Source: a virus (Duplodnaviria > Caudoviricetes). From it: a DNA stretch of 64,000 nt. Made by a program: the position numbers and the translations under genes. Shown here in pieces: positions 50,794 through 59,699 of this stretch. Under the pieces are notes generated by a model. It saw nothing but the letters and a program-made list of their open reading frames with translations. It was not told the origin of the DNA and made no database searches. Numbering within the stretch: the first letter of the stretch is position 1; the number at the start of each line of letters is the position of its first letter. Location: the IMG/VR virus record IMGVR_UViG_3300031993_000016; one strand, written 5' to 3'.

Positions 50794-51175
50794 CTACTAA
50801 GCCAAATTTATAATATTCATCTAGTTTCTTTATGAGTTTATCTCCATAATAACCATACTCTGTGTTTTCTAAATCATTTTCTAGAACAATACACCAAGCA
50901 CGAAGTACGTCATACATGAGTCCTGCAGATATTCCGCGATGGTCTGTAGATTTTTCAATTGCAAATTCAACATCCTCTTTAAGTTGAGCTAATACATTTT
51001 CTTCAGTCCACTCTACAACTTTACGCTCATTTGCATCGCCTGTATATTTATATCCGAATTTTTCAAAATATTCTATAGGAAGAAATTGTAAAAATCTTGT
51101 GGTCCACCTAGTATCAAAAAATTTATCTGGTTCAATTTCATCATAATGTTCTATAACATACTGTAACGATTTCAT
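50750..51175 (-). CDS. Hypothetical protein
   Basis: 141 aa, AAGGAG RBS. Confidence 0.6.
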   Translation of the reverse strand: MKSLQYVIEHYDEIEPDKFFDTRWTTRFLQFLPIEYFEKFGYKYTGDANERKVVEWTEENVLAQLKEDVEFAIEKSTDHRGISAGLMYDVLRAWCIVLENDLENTEYGYYGDKLIKKLDEYYKFGLVDETTFDRDFYDDWS

Positions 51176-51460
51176 TTATTCATCTCCTTGTATTCTTATA
51201 TTGAATGGCATTATCACATTTTCAAATCCACCATGTACTTCATAGTACTGATCTATTTCAAATCGCCAAACTTGATACGCTGCCGTGTCTTCATCAGGAC
51301 ATTTCCAATGCTCTCCGTTTGGACATTTATCACACCACATGCATCTGTAATAATCATCTATTTGAGTCGCACAAGATGGATACAACTTATTCCATTTCTC
51401 TTGTAGTGGGTTTAGTGGTGGATTAACCAGAGTGCCATCCTTAAAAAGTACTGTCATCAC
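51176..51460 (-). CDS. Hypothetical Cys-rich protein
   Basis: C...CMWCDKC..WKC; GGAGG RBS. Confidence 0.55.
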   Translation of the reverse strand: MMTVLFKDGTLVNPPLNPLQEKWNKLYPSCATQIDDYYRCMWCDKCPNGEHWKCPDEDTAAYQVWRFEIDQYYEVHGGFENVIMPFNIRIQGDE

Positions 51461-51474
51461 TTATCCTCCCTAAC

Positions 51475-51526
51475 GTGAACTACCACCCACCTAAAGGTAG
51501 GTGGCTTCTAAGAGCCTTACGGCTCT
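51475..51526. mobile_element. IS200/IS605-type end hairpin remnant (PATE-like)
   Basis: GTGAACTACCACCCACCTAAAGGTAGGTGGCTTC matches the AACTAC-stem-TAAA-stem-GCTT end pattern. Confidence 0.6.
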
Positions 51527-51536
51527 ATTTAAGAAA

Positions 51537-51589
51537 TAAAAAAAATAGTAGGCGAAGCATTCATTTACTTCACCTACTATAACGATTTT
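51537..51589 (-). terminator. Terminator with overlapping AAATCGTTATAG motif
   Basis: ATAGTAGGTGAAG...CTTCGCCTACTAT then T8. Confidence 0.75.
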
Positions 51590-51608
51590 AGTATTTACAA
51601 CATGGTAA

Positions 51609-51902
51609 TCATCTTTTCAACTTTGCTACCATACGTTCAATCAGATCCTCTGTATCTGATAACATTGCATCATATTCAGTAGCAACTTCTACAAGATAGA
51701 TTGATTCAATGAATTTAAGTTTACGTTCTGGTGTTTCAAACGGACTACTGTATATATGACGAGCTTGAGCTCTTGCCATTTCATTGATCTCATTAATGTC
51801 ATTAGACCCACCTAACAAGCAATCTTTACCATCTGGGCTTATCCAATGAACTTCATATTTTGTTTTCCAAGGACTTACTGCGGATTTAATATATTTTTTC
51901 AT
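51609..51902 (-). CDS. MKKYIKS-leader protein
   Basis: GAGGTG RBS. Confidence 0.65.
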   Translation of the reverse strand: MKKYIKSAVSPWKTKYEVHWISPDGKDCLLGGSNDINEINEMARAQARHIYSSPFETPERKLKFIESIYLVEVATEYDAMLSDTEDLIERMVAKLKR

Positions 51903-51917
51903 ACAGCACCTCTTTAT

Positions 51918-52835
51918 CTACCGTTTACCTGAGTTGAAGTCATCGATATATGTTTCAACGTCATCTAAGTTACTATTTATGTAGCTGACCTGTTCTGAAA
52001 AATCTTGCGGACCAACTTCTCTCCAACCTCTAGTTGACTTTAACTTACCAGATTCATCAATCTGAGCAAGCAATTTTTGATATTCAGAAGCAGTATCGCC
52101 AAATCTACTGAATGCATTACGAAGATCTGTGCTACCATATTCTGAAGGTGTGTTGAAATTAACATTTATAAGCTTTGTTTTTACTTTCAGCATTCTGTCA
52201 TATACTGCATTAAGCTTATCAGTAATCTTCTCAGGGAATCTCTCATAATATCTTGCTATCATGTCTTCAGGACTTGGAACTGCATATCCGGACTTATCAC
52301 GAGCCTTACGTTCATTAGAAGCTGTACGACCTTTCTTTGACCAGGTACCTTCTTCGCTATATTTACCATCACCTAAGTACTCATAATCTTTGTATTGTCC
52401 CATGTAGGTACCTTTGCTATTATGACGATAGCTGTATCTCGGATCTTGATACCTATCATATTTAGGCTTATGCACGTTGTTTGGATCTGAAAGATCTAAG
52501 TAGCAGATATCTTCTGCCATTGTAGGTAACTTCGACTTCGCGATAGACCCAAGCTTTCTATACCTACCACCGATGTCAGTTGACTCATCGTCGTTGATAC
52601 CAGGGCAGTAAACTATTCTACTGTAGTAATTGTCGTTAGGTCTGAGTAAATAAAATGTTAGATAATTATTACTTGCAGGTCTTTCACCCTGGAAATTAGC
52701 AGTATCGAGAGATACATTGTATCTATTAACTAAGTTGTTGATTAATCTAGTTTTAGAATAACCACCACGGGTGATTTCTTTTCTCAACCAATCAGGCATA
52801 CTTCCTGATATAGATGCTTTGATATATCTTTTCAT
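51918..52835 (-). CDS. MKRYIKA-leader protein
   Basis: 305 aa, AAGGAG RBS, promoter motifs at 52868-52884. Confidence 0.7.
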   Translation of the reverse strand: MKRYIKASISGSMPDWLRKEITRGGYSKTRLINNLVNRYNVSLDTANFQGERPASNNYLTFYLLRPNDNYYSRIVYCPGINDDESTDIGGRYRKLGSIAKSKLPTMAEDICYLDLSDPNNVHKPKYDRYQDPRYSYRHNSKGTYMGQYKDYEYLGDGKYSEEGTWSKKGRTASNERKARDKSGYAVPSPEDMIARYYERFPEKITDKLNAVYDRMLKVKTKLINVNFNTPSEYGSTDLRNAFSRFGDTASEYQKLLAQIDESGKLKSTRGWREVGPQDFSEQVSYINSNLDDVETYIDDFNSGKR

Positions 52836-52888
52836 TATAGTTAGCTCCTTCCGTTATATTTTCTACATATAACGATATAAGGTTTGGA

Positions 52889-53497
52889 TCATCTAATCAA
52901 CGAATAGAATTCTGACCTTAAGTCCGAATCAGTTTCGAATCTACCTCGAAGTGTAGCCGTTTTAGTTACTGCTTCACGAGCTTTGATACCTCGTCTAGTC
53001 ATACAAGCATGTTTGCCTTTGATAACTACAATTATGTCTTTTGTACCGAGTACTATTTCAATTACATCTGCTATGTCAGAGCCTATTCTTTCTTGCAACT
53101 GCAACCGCTTACCAACCATGTCAGCTATCCTAGCAAGCTTACTAAGTCCAATAACTTTACCGTTTGGAATATAACCTATCGCTACGGACATATCGTACAT
53201 AGTTGCAATGTGATGCTCGCAGGTTGAGAATATTGGAATATCTGTTTCAACAACTAGATCACCTGTGCTAACATCTTCAAAGCATTTATCAAACATATGT
53301 GCAATTTCTTCATTTGAGTAGCACATTCCTTCAAATATCTCTGCACACATCTTAGCAACTCGGTTTGGTGTTTCTTTGAGACCTTCACGATTTGGGTTAT
53401 CTCCGAGCGCTTCTAAAAACTGTGGTACTAATTCTCTAATCTTATCTACGTCTATTTGCTTCATATCATACACCTCTAGCATCCATGCTATACACAT
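52889..53497 (-). CDS. folE: GTP cyclohydrolase I (probable start 53464)
   Basis: [38 protein letters not shown]. Confidence 0.95.
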   Translation of the reverse strand: MCIAWMLEVYDMKQIDVDKIRELVPQFLEALGDNPNREGLKETPNRVAKMCAEIFEGMCYSNEEIAHMFDKCFEDVSTGDLVVETDIPIFSTCEHHIATMYDMSVAIGYIPNGKVIGLSKLARIADMVGKRLQLQERIGSDIADVIEIVLGTKDIIVVIKGKHACMTRRGIKAREAVTKTATLRGRFETDSDLRSEFYSLIR

Positions 53498-54116
53498 ATT
53501 TATGCAGCTGCAACTGAAACCTCACATCATTTAAATTGTGCTTCATCATGTATTCAACAATCTCCTTCGGCTCTATTCTGCCAAATACAGGGCTTACAAA
53601 TACTTGAGCTCGAGTCAATGCAGATATGCGTTGCATCTCATCTAAATCTTCTTCATTACTTACTACACATTTTAATACGTCAGATCTGTATAGGTGTGTG
53701 AGATTAGATTCTAACATTTTTGAAGTCATACCGCTTGATGGACATTTCCAATCCATAGTAACAGTAACGTTGCCTAAACCTACAACTCCTGATATGTCTA
53801 CAGCACCGCTTGTTTCTATTTCTACATGATAGTTGTTAACAGCAAGTTTCAATATGAGCTGCACAGCATCTTGTTGGATCAAAGGCTCCCCACCCGTAAA
53901 TATAACATATTTACAGTTTAATGCTTCAACCTCTGCAAACACTTCATCTACAGTCATATCTTTGAAATCATCACCCTCAACTGCATACATAGAATCGCAC
54001 CAGCTGCATCGAAGCGGACAAGAAAATGTACGGATAAACACAGCAGGTCTACCAGCTTGAATACTCTCTCCGCTTATTGATTTAAATATCTCGTTTATTA
54101 GCATATAATCTCCCAT
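53466..54116 (-). CDS. queE: 7-carboxy-7-deazaguanine synthase (radical SAM)
   Basis: [33 protein letters not shown]. Confidence 0.95.
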   Translation of the reverse strand: MGDYMLINEIFKSISGESIQAGRPAVFIRTFSCPLRCSWCDSMYAVEGDDFKDMTVDEVFAEVEALNCKYVIFTGGEPLIQQDAVQLILKLAVNNYHVEIETSGAVDISGVVGLGNVTVTMDWKCPSSGMTSKMLESNLTHLYRSDVLKCVVSNEEDLDEMQRISALTRAQVFVSPVFGRIEPKEIVEYMMKHNLNDVRFQLQLHKYVYSMDARGV

Positions 54117-54547
54117 TCCTTTCTATAGTTGCATTCGCTATTTTCGGTTTCATGTAATTCAACCTCAACCACGTTAACATCTATAAGACCTAATTCATTG
54201 TGAATATAATCTTCTAATTCATGCAACATAGCTGGCGCTATATTCTCAACGGATGTAGCAAATGGATAAGTTTTATATCTAAGCTCGTACTTGTCAAGTA
54301 CTTTCACAATTTCTTCGCTTATTTCATTTCCTTTAAAATGTAAATACATATGATCCGGCATTACAGCTTTCATAGCATCTTTGAGCAATGTGTAATCCAT
54401 GATCATGCCGAACTCTTTAGGGACGCTAGACGTAACAGTCGCTTTAAAATAATATGAATGCCCGTGCAAGTTACAACAGTGTCCGCTATGATTAGGCAAA
54501 AGATGTGCAGCCTCAAAATATTCTACTCTACTTATTGTTTCCATCAC
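54098..54547 (-). CDS. queD: 6-carboxy-5,6,7,8-tetrahydropterin synthase
   Basis: FEAAH, CCNLHGHSY, DH, ENIA, ETE. Confidence 0.93.
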   Translation of the reverse strand: MMETISRVEYFEAAHLLPNHSGHCCNLHGHSYYFKATVTSSVPKEFGMIMDYTLLKDAMKAVMPDHMYLHFKGNEISEEIVKVLDKYELRYKTYPFATSVENIAPAMLHELEDYIHNELGLIDVNVVEVELHETENSECNYRKEWEIIC

Positions 54548-55284
54548 TACACCTCCGCATATTCTATTCTCTTACAGCCTGACCAATCAACATCAATCTC
54601 ATAATCAATTGGGTCTATCACGCCATTAGCTTTAAATGCAGCAATTCTGTCAAGGCAAGTACCGCACCGCCCGCAGGCACACCCTCTACCATTATAGCAA
54701 CTTGTTGTAAGATGATAAGGTACTTGTAATTCAAGACCCTTCTTAACGACATCTGCTTTATTCCACAGCACAAACGGCGTTGCAACATCTACCTTATTAT
54801 AAGTACCTTCCCAGATTGCCTTTGCAATTGCTTGTGAAAACTCTTTGCTACAATCCGCGTATGCATTACCTGCACTATCATCTGCATGATTACCTAAGAA
54901 CAATGTGATGTCATCCTCCGGATATGTAGATTGTGCAAAAGCAGCAAGTGCTGAAAGCATCAGACCGTTTCTGAATGGTATTGCAGTATCTACACCAGTA
55001 GTTTTACCTGCTAATTGTTCTGCATAAGAACCTTCCGGAACATCTTTATCGCTATGTGCTAAGAGTGAACAGTTACATTTTTCGTATATCTCAGATAAAT
55101 TTAATATTTCATGATTGATTCCATAATAATCTGCAATCTTCTCAGCAGCTTTCAGCTCGCGTGAATGCTTTTGTCCGTACATTACACTGACAGAATTTAC
55201 ATTCTCTTTTCCATAAGAATCAATTGCAATTCCAAGTGCAGTAGTGCTATCAACACCACCACTCGACAATACATATGCTTGCAT
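54547..55284 (-). CDS. queC: 7-cyano-7-deazaguanine synthase
   Basis: SGGVDS, YGQKH, PFRN, YADC, SCY...CGRCGTC..R. Confidence 0.95.
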   Translation of the reverse strand: MQAYVLSSGGVDSTTALGIAIDSYGKENVNSVSVMYGQKHSRELKAAEKIADYYGINHEILNLSEIYEKCNCSLLAHSDKDVPEGSYAEQLAGKTTGVDTAIPFRNGLMLSALAAFAQSTYPEDDITLFLGNHADDSAGNAYADCSKEFSQAIAKAIWEGTYNKVDVATPFVLWNKADVVKKGLELQVPYHLTTSCYNGRGCACGRCGTCLDRIAAFKANGVIDPIDYEIDVDWSGCKRIEYAEV

Positions 55285-55377
55285 ATTATACTAACCTCCT
55301 GTTTTTAAAAAATATAAAAAAAATTATCACATAACTCAAGCTAGGTCAACAGCACTGTCTTGAGGTTGATTACTAAA

Positions 55378-55608
55378 TCAGTTAATCTCTTTGCTTTTAT
55401 CAAAGAAGTGTGTATTATTTGTCATTTTCTTTCGAGTAGCGATTACATCATCGATTTCAATTGTATCTGACGATTCAAACAATGACCGTACTTTAGCATC
55501 TGAAAATTTGTAATGTTGTGTAAACTTAGTTTGGCTAGTAAATACATTGCCATCACTACATGAAATTTCATATCTGAAAGACCATCCAGGACCTCGATAA
55601 TCATTCAA
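55378..55608 (-). CDS. Small hypothetical protein (NUMOD1-like remnant)
   Basis: ISCSDGNVFTSQ pattern. Confidence 0.4.
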   Translation of the reverse strand: MNDYRGPGWSFRYEISCSDGNVFTSQTKFTQHYKFSDAKVRSLFESSDTIEIDDVIATRKKMTNNTHFFDKSKEIN

Positions 55609-55613
55609 TTTGA

Positions 55614-56117
55614 TTAAGATGTTCTAGGCCTGTGTGTAAATGTTTGAGTCATGCATGCTATCTGCATCTGCCGTTTAAGATCCTGATGATTTTCATCTGC
55701 ATATATAGATATAGGTAGCAAACAACAGCCTCCGCGGCTGTTGAAATCACCATATACAGAGAGGTATTGAGGCTCTAACAATTTTACTAAATCATTCATT
55801 ATCATGTGTGTAACTTGTTCGTGAAAAGCACCATGCCTCTGAAAACTATACATATATAATTTCAATGATTTCGATTCAACAGCAAATCTATTTGGGATGT
55901 AAGAAATATGAAAACTTGCTAAATCCGGTTGACCTGTTTTTGGACAACTGCCCACCCATTCAAAGAAATCGATGTTGATGATCTGTTCCTCATGCGCCTG
56001 CTCATCTGCAAACTGAAGTTCAAACCTTTCCAACACATCTGGATCATACTCAAACTTATATTTAGTGTTTTGGTTACCAAGTAATGTTACTCCGCTTAAA
56101 TCTTGTTCTTTGCTCAT
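55614..56117 (-). CDS. queF: NADPH-dependent preQ0 reductase (type I)
   Basis: CPKTGQPD, VESKSLKLY, FHE, RGG. Confidence 0.95.
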   Translation of the reverse strand: MSKEQDLSGVTLLGNQNTKYKFEYDPDVLERFELQFADEQAHEEQIINIDFFEWVGSCPKTGQPDLASFHISYIPNRFAVESKSLKLYMYSFQRHGAFHEQVTHMIMNDLVKLLEPQYLSVYGDFNSRGGCCLLPISIYADENHQDLKRQMQIACMTQTFTHRPRTS

Positions 56118-56163
56118 TGTTTTTTTTTGTTCTCCTTTACATGTGTTTATTGTTGTGAAACAT

Positions 56164-56198
56164 AAAAAGATGTAACCACAGTAATATGGTTACATCTT
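56164..56198 (-). terminator. Terminator in queF leader (riboswitch expression platform)
   Basis: AAGATGTAACCA-N8-TGGTTACATCTT then T run. Confidence 0.8.
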
Positions 56199-56219
56199 CT
56201 ATAACGATTTCTTTCTTGT

Positions 56220-56278
56220 TGTAACCTTGTTATTTTTGTTTATTGCGAGAGGGTGTCAAAGGTTGTTACAAAACTCTC
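56220..56278 (-). promoter_or_regulatory. Variant preQ1-I-like riboswitch aptamer, copy 1 (queF-C-D-E-folE operon)
   Basis: GAGAG-TTTTGTAACAACCTTTGACACC-CTCTC then A-rich tail ending AAGGTTACA. Confidence 0.7.
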
Positions 56279-56298
56279 ATTTTAATTAAGATCGATTA

Positions 56299-56952
56299 TC
56301 ACCAGTGTGACATCTTGAACTGACGTGCTAATTTTGTTATATTACCTGAAAGCATTAACGGCTTGTTTCTATCAATTGAAATCGAACCATCGTCATAAAT
56401 TGTTATATCTGTGACATATATTCGATCTCCTCTAAAATCATAACGATCATATGGAACACGATATGTTCTGCTTGTAGCATTTCGTTTTATCAACTCAATG
56501 TATTTATCGGAATCCTTATAATTAGAGTTGTTTCTAAGTGCTGCAGAAGTAGAAAATGTAGGTATAATCTTATATTCTGCAAGACTGCGAATTATATCAA
56601 CATCTTGAGGATCTATATTTTGAAAATCATTAAGATCAACTTCTTTACGACTCGGTGTTATGTCATCGGAAATTTTAAGACGAATATAAAATGGTGTTTT
56701 AGGTAACAATCTATCTGTCGAGTTGTCTGTGGTAATATCAGACACACCTGGGATATCTATACTCTGTAGATATGCAAAATCATCATCTCGAATCTTATCT
56801 GATACATATGCAAGTCTCATACCTTTAGTAAGTTGTGATATCTTATCATAATTAAGTTCTCGTTTGTGCTTCATGCTGAATATTAGATTCTTTATATCAT
56901 CATATGCTATGCGACCATCCTCTGATGAATCGCTTTTAATGTATATTTTCAT
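56299..56952 (-). CDS. MKIYIKS-leader protein
   Basis: 217 aa, AAGGTG RBS. Confidence 0.65.
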   Translation of the reverse strand: MKIYIKSDSSEDGRIAYDDIKNLIFSMKHKRELNYDKISQLTKGMRLAYVSDKIRDDDFAYLQSIDIPGVSDITTDNSTDRLLPKTPFYIRLKISDDITPSRKEVDLNDFQNIDPQDVDIIRSLAEYKIIPTFSTSAALRNNSNYKDSDKYIELIKRNATSRTYRVPYDRYDFRGDRIYVTDITIYDDGSISIDRNKPLMLSGNITKLARQFKMSHW

Positions 56953-57016
56953 CTTTCACCTTCAAGTTATGTTAAGTTACTACAAAACTCTCGCTTATGA
57001 TATTGAACTATGTGAT

Positions 57017-57382
57017 TCAACTACGTCTACGTTTTGATGGTGCATCACGTCTAAGATACAGATTCCTACTGTAGTCAGCTGGTGTAAGTTGATTGTAATA
57101 TTCCAGCATGAATTCACGATCAGCGTCTTGAATCCTGACACCACGTAAATCATTATTTAAAGTTTCAATCATATCGATTACATATTCATCAAAGTATTCA
57201 TGTCGGTGATCATATACAAATTTTGGATAATCTAGTTCGTCTGATGCAATAAAATCTTTTATGATATCTTTATTAAAATCATTTCTAAAATACTTTGTAT
57301 ATACAAGTCTGTTTACTAATTTACGTAATTCTATTAATTTAGTAGTAGACATTGTATAATCGCTTTTAATATATCTTTTCAT
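57017..57382 (-). CDS. MKRYIKS-leader protein
   Basis: AAGGAG RBS; promoter motifs at 57431 and 57450. Confidence 0.65.
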   Translation of the reverse strand: MKRYIKSDYTMSTTKLIELRKLVNRLVYTKYFRNDFNKDIIKDFIASDELDYPKFVYDHRHEYFDEYVIDMIETLNNDLRGVRIQDADREFMLEYYNQLTPADYSRNLYLRRDAPSKRRRS

Positions 57383-57461
57383 AATTCATCTATCTCCTTT
57401 TTTTTTCAAAAGGTTGTTATCACCTAACTATATTAAAGGTTACATGAGATATAACGAAATT

Positions 57462-57493
57462 AAGGAGCAGACTCTTTGATGAATCTGCTCCTT
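57462..57493 (-). terminator. Terminator after yhhQ
   Basis: AAGGAGCAGA...TCTGCTCCTT inverted repeat. Confidence 0.7.
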
Positions 57494-57569
57494 TGATGAT
57501 TCTATTTTTCTTACAACTTTCCTGCATACTGTGCTGCAATATGAGTTGTCAAGATATAAATATTAAGTT

Positions 57570-58307
57570 TTATGCTACAATTTTATACTTTTCGAGATAG
57601 CTTGCGCCCACGTTGTCGTTCTTCCAAGACTTTGACATCTTATAACTGATAGGTGAGAATATCATCTCAAATGCAAGTTCTACAAGCATCATCATAAATG
57701 AACATACAAGTACCTGCTTAATTGTCCATCCAAAGAATATGTAAGATACAAATAATGCAAATACAATGTTATCTACAAACTGACCAAGTGCTGTTGAAGC
57801 AAAACTTCTTATAGCAAATCCACCGTAATTATCATTTTTATCTACTTTAGCACCTACTAGCTTATTCACGATTGAGTTAATTAATCCACCGAGAAACATT
57901 GCAAGTGCAGAACCGATGATTATGAACCAAGTTGATGCAAATGTTGAGTCAAGTGCTGTATTAATTTCAGTTGCAACTTCTGGGCTGGATGCGGAATAGC
58001 TTGGCGCCCATACACCTGGGATCTTCACAATTATAGCATAAAGTAGTGTGGTGAGAAGTGTTACAATCATTGCAACCGTATTGAGTATAGTTGCAGTCTT
58101 GGCTCCAAATCTTTTGCAAACCGCATCTAAGCATAAGAATGAGATCCAGCTAACAAATATACCTGCCGTTGAAGCAAGCCAAGGTAAATTGAATATTGAC
58201 TTATTTGCTAACAGATTCATCGATACTACTGACAATATAAATAATGCTGTTACAATTCCAGGAATCGCTCTTAATGCGTCTTTTGTTTGTTCAATTAACT
58301 TTTTCAT
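57570..58307 (-). CDS. yhhQ: Queuosine precursor transporter (YhhQ/VUT family)
   Basis: Multi-pass membrane protein; NLLANK, FLCLD....FG, R...ST..GQFVDN..F. Confidence 0.88.
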   Translation of the reverse strand: MKKLIEQTKDALRAIPGIVTALFILSVVSMNLLANKSIFNLPWLASTAGIFVSWISFLCLDAVCKRFGAKTATILNTVAMIVTLLTTLLYAIIVKIPGVWAPSYSASSPEVATEINTALDSTFASTWFIIIGSALAMFLGGLINSIVNKLVGAKVDKNDNYGGFAIRSFASTALGQFVDNIVFALFVSYIFFGWTIKQVLVCSFMMMLVELAFEMIFSPISYKMSKSWKNDNVGASYLEKYKIVA

Positions 58308-58352
58308 TTAATTGTCCTCCAATTCATATTAATTAGAGAGCACATAATAATG

Positions 58353-58457
58353 CCCTCGAATCTGTGTTGTTGAGTTAGTTATCTTTGGCGAGATGTAATT
58401 TTCGTCATATTGATGATGAATTAGTCCATCGGCGGACTCAAACATGAGATTCGAGGG
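58353..58457 (-). other. Multi-branched RNA structure in yhhQ leader
   Basis: CCCTCGAATCT/AGATTCGAGGG outer stem, TTGAGT/ACTCAA, three short internal hairpins. Confidence 0.5.
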
Positions 58458-58477
58458 ATCTTTAAGATCTTATTCAT
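58421..58477 (-). CDS. 18-aa leader ORF MNKILKIPRISCLSPPMD (not in ORF track)
   Basis: AAGGAGGT Shine-Dalgarno 58487-58494 just upstream of ATG at 58477. Confidence 0.5.
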   Translation of the reverse strand: MNKILKIPRISCLSPPMD

Positions 58478-58485
58478 ATGTTTTG

Positions 58486-58544
58486 TACCTCCTTATTTTT
58501 CTTATTTTGAGACCAGGCTGTCAGAGTAGTTACAAAACTGGTCT
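58486..58544 (-). promoter_or_regulatory. Variant preQ1-I-like riboswitch aptamer, copy 2 (yhhQ leader)
   Basis: AGACCAG-TTTTGTAACTACTCTGACAGC-CTGGTCT then A-rich tail ending AAGGAGGTA. Confidence 0.7.
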
Positions 58545-58551
58545 ATGTATA

Positions 58552-58770
58552 TTATCTAAACATTTTCGCATACTTTTCCGCGATTCTTTGATATTCATCT
58601 GCTGAGATTTCCTCAGTACCTCCGAAGGAATCATCAAACCTTTCGGTCTCTGACTTAAAGTATCTTTCACCACGTTTAGTTCGTTTTATACCGTAGTAAT
58701 GATTATTCCAGGTTATGATATCGTCTAAATCCATTCCGGATTTTCTTGCTGCTTTGATATATCTCTTCAT
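58552..58770 (-). CDS. MKRYIKA-leader protein
   Basis: GAGGAG RBS. Confidence 0.65.
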   Translation of the reverse strand: MKRYIKAARKSGMDLDDIITWNNHYYGIKRTKRGERYFKSETERFDDSFGGTEEISADEYQRIAEKYAKMFR

Positions 58771-58788
58771 ATTAGCTCCTCTAATATA

Positions 58789-59340
58789 TTAATCTGTCCA
58801 CATCTCAGTATATTCAGTGATATCAATATTATGTGATATCATCCAATCTCGTAAAATAGATTCAGCACCTTTTGCTGCTTCTTCATAGGTATCATATATC
58901 TCATCGTTTATAACGATATTAAGTGGTCTATACCTCTGACGTTTCTTTGTCGCAGGTAATTTGTTTTCTTCTAAGAGATTGTTTAGGTTATCACGAATCT
59001 TTTCAATGTGCTCTGCTCTTTTATGTTGGGGTTCGTGGTCAGAAACTCTTAGATACACATAGTAAGGAACATCGTTCTTTGCAATTTCGTCTTTTCTTGC
59101 AAACATGTAATAGAACGATGTTCTGCTCGGATGTGAGTGTACTATTTTAAATCCGTAGTAATCTATCATTGCTGTAAGCAGGTCCACAAATGCACAGTAG
59201 TCTGAATATGATTGGGGGTCTAATTTACCCGTTGCATCATATAAAGAATTGATTGTAGTAGCTGCTAAGTAGTTGTCATCTACTATAAAAGAGACTATTA
59301 CTTCAAATTCTATTGAATTGTCTATAAGAAGTCTCTTCAT
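58789..59340 (-). CDS. Hypothetical protein
   Basis: 183 aa; LRVSDH motif. Confidence 0.6.
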   Translation of the reverse strand: MKRLLIDNSIEFEVIVSFIVDDNYLAATTINSLYDATGKLDPQSYSDYCAFVDLLTAMIDYYGFKIVHSHPSRTSFYYMFARKDEIAKNDVPYYVYLRVSDHEPQHKRAEHIEKIRDNLNNLLEENKLPATKKRQRYRPLNIVINDEIYDTYEEAAKGAESILRDWMISHNIDITEYTEMWTD

Positions 59341-59350
59341 ATTCTATCCT

Positions 59351-59689
59351 CTAATATGCATACTCGTCATACACTTCTTGTGTTATGTAGCCGTAGTCGA
59401 GTAAGTCGTCAAGTATGTGATCTAAATCACCTTCAAAGTAATGACCACCATCCCATGGCTCTAAGCTGAGATAAGCGTCAAGTCCATTATCTTTGATAAT
59501 TCTCTGATATTCTTTGAGCTTAGGTAAGCACTGATTAAGAGGTCCGTCAAAGGATTCTTCAAATTCATATTCGTCAGATTCTTCTGCTCCATATACATTG
59601 AGATTAGCTGTAAATTTAGTAAGGAGATTTGCACCTAACCATGTACCCAATTGATGACTTGCATCACCTGCTTTTACATATCTCTTCAT
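59351..59689 (-). CDS. MKRYVKA-leader protein
   Basis: AGGAGG RBS. Confidence 0.65.
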   Translation of the reverse strand: MKRYVKAGDASHQLGTWLGANLLTKFTANLNVYGAEESDEYEFEESFDGPLNQCLPKLKEYQRIIKDNGLDAYLSLEPWDGGHYFEGDLDHILDDLLDYGYITQEVYDEYAY

Positions 59690-59699
59690 AATCTACCTC

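Noticed and set aside
55313-55372. Third riboswitch before queC
   Set aside because: The hairpin CTCAAG/CTTGAG lacks the TTTTGTAAC loop and A-rich tail; more likely a terminator-like stem.
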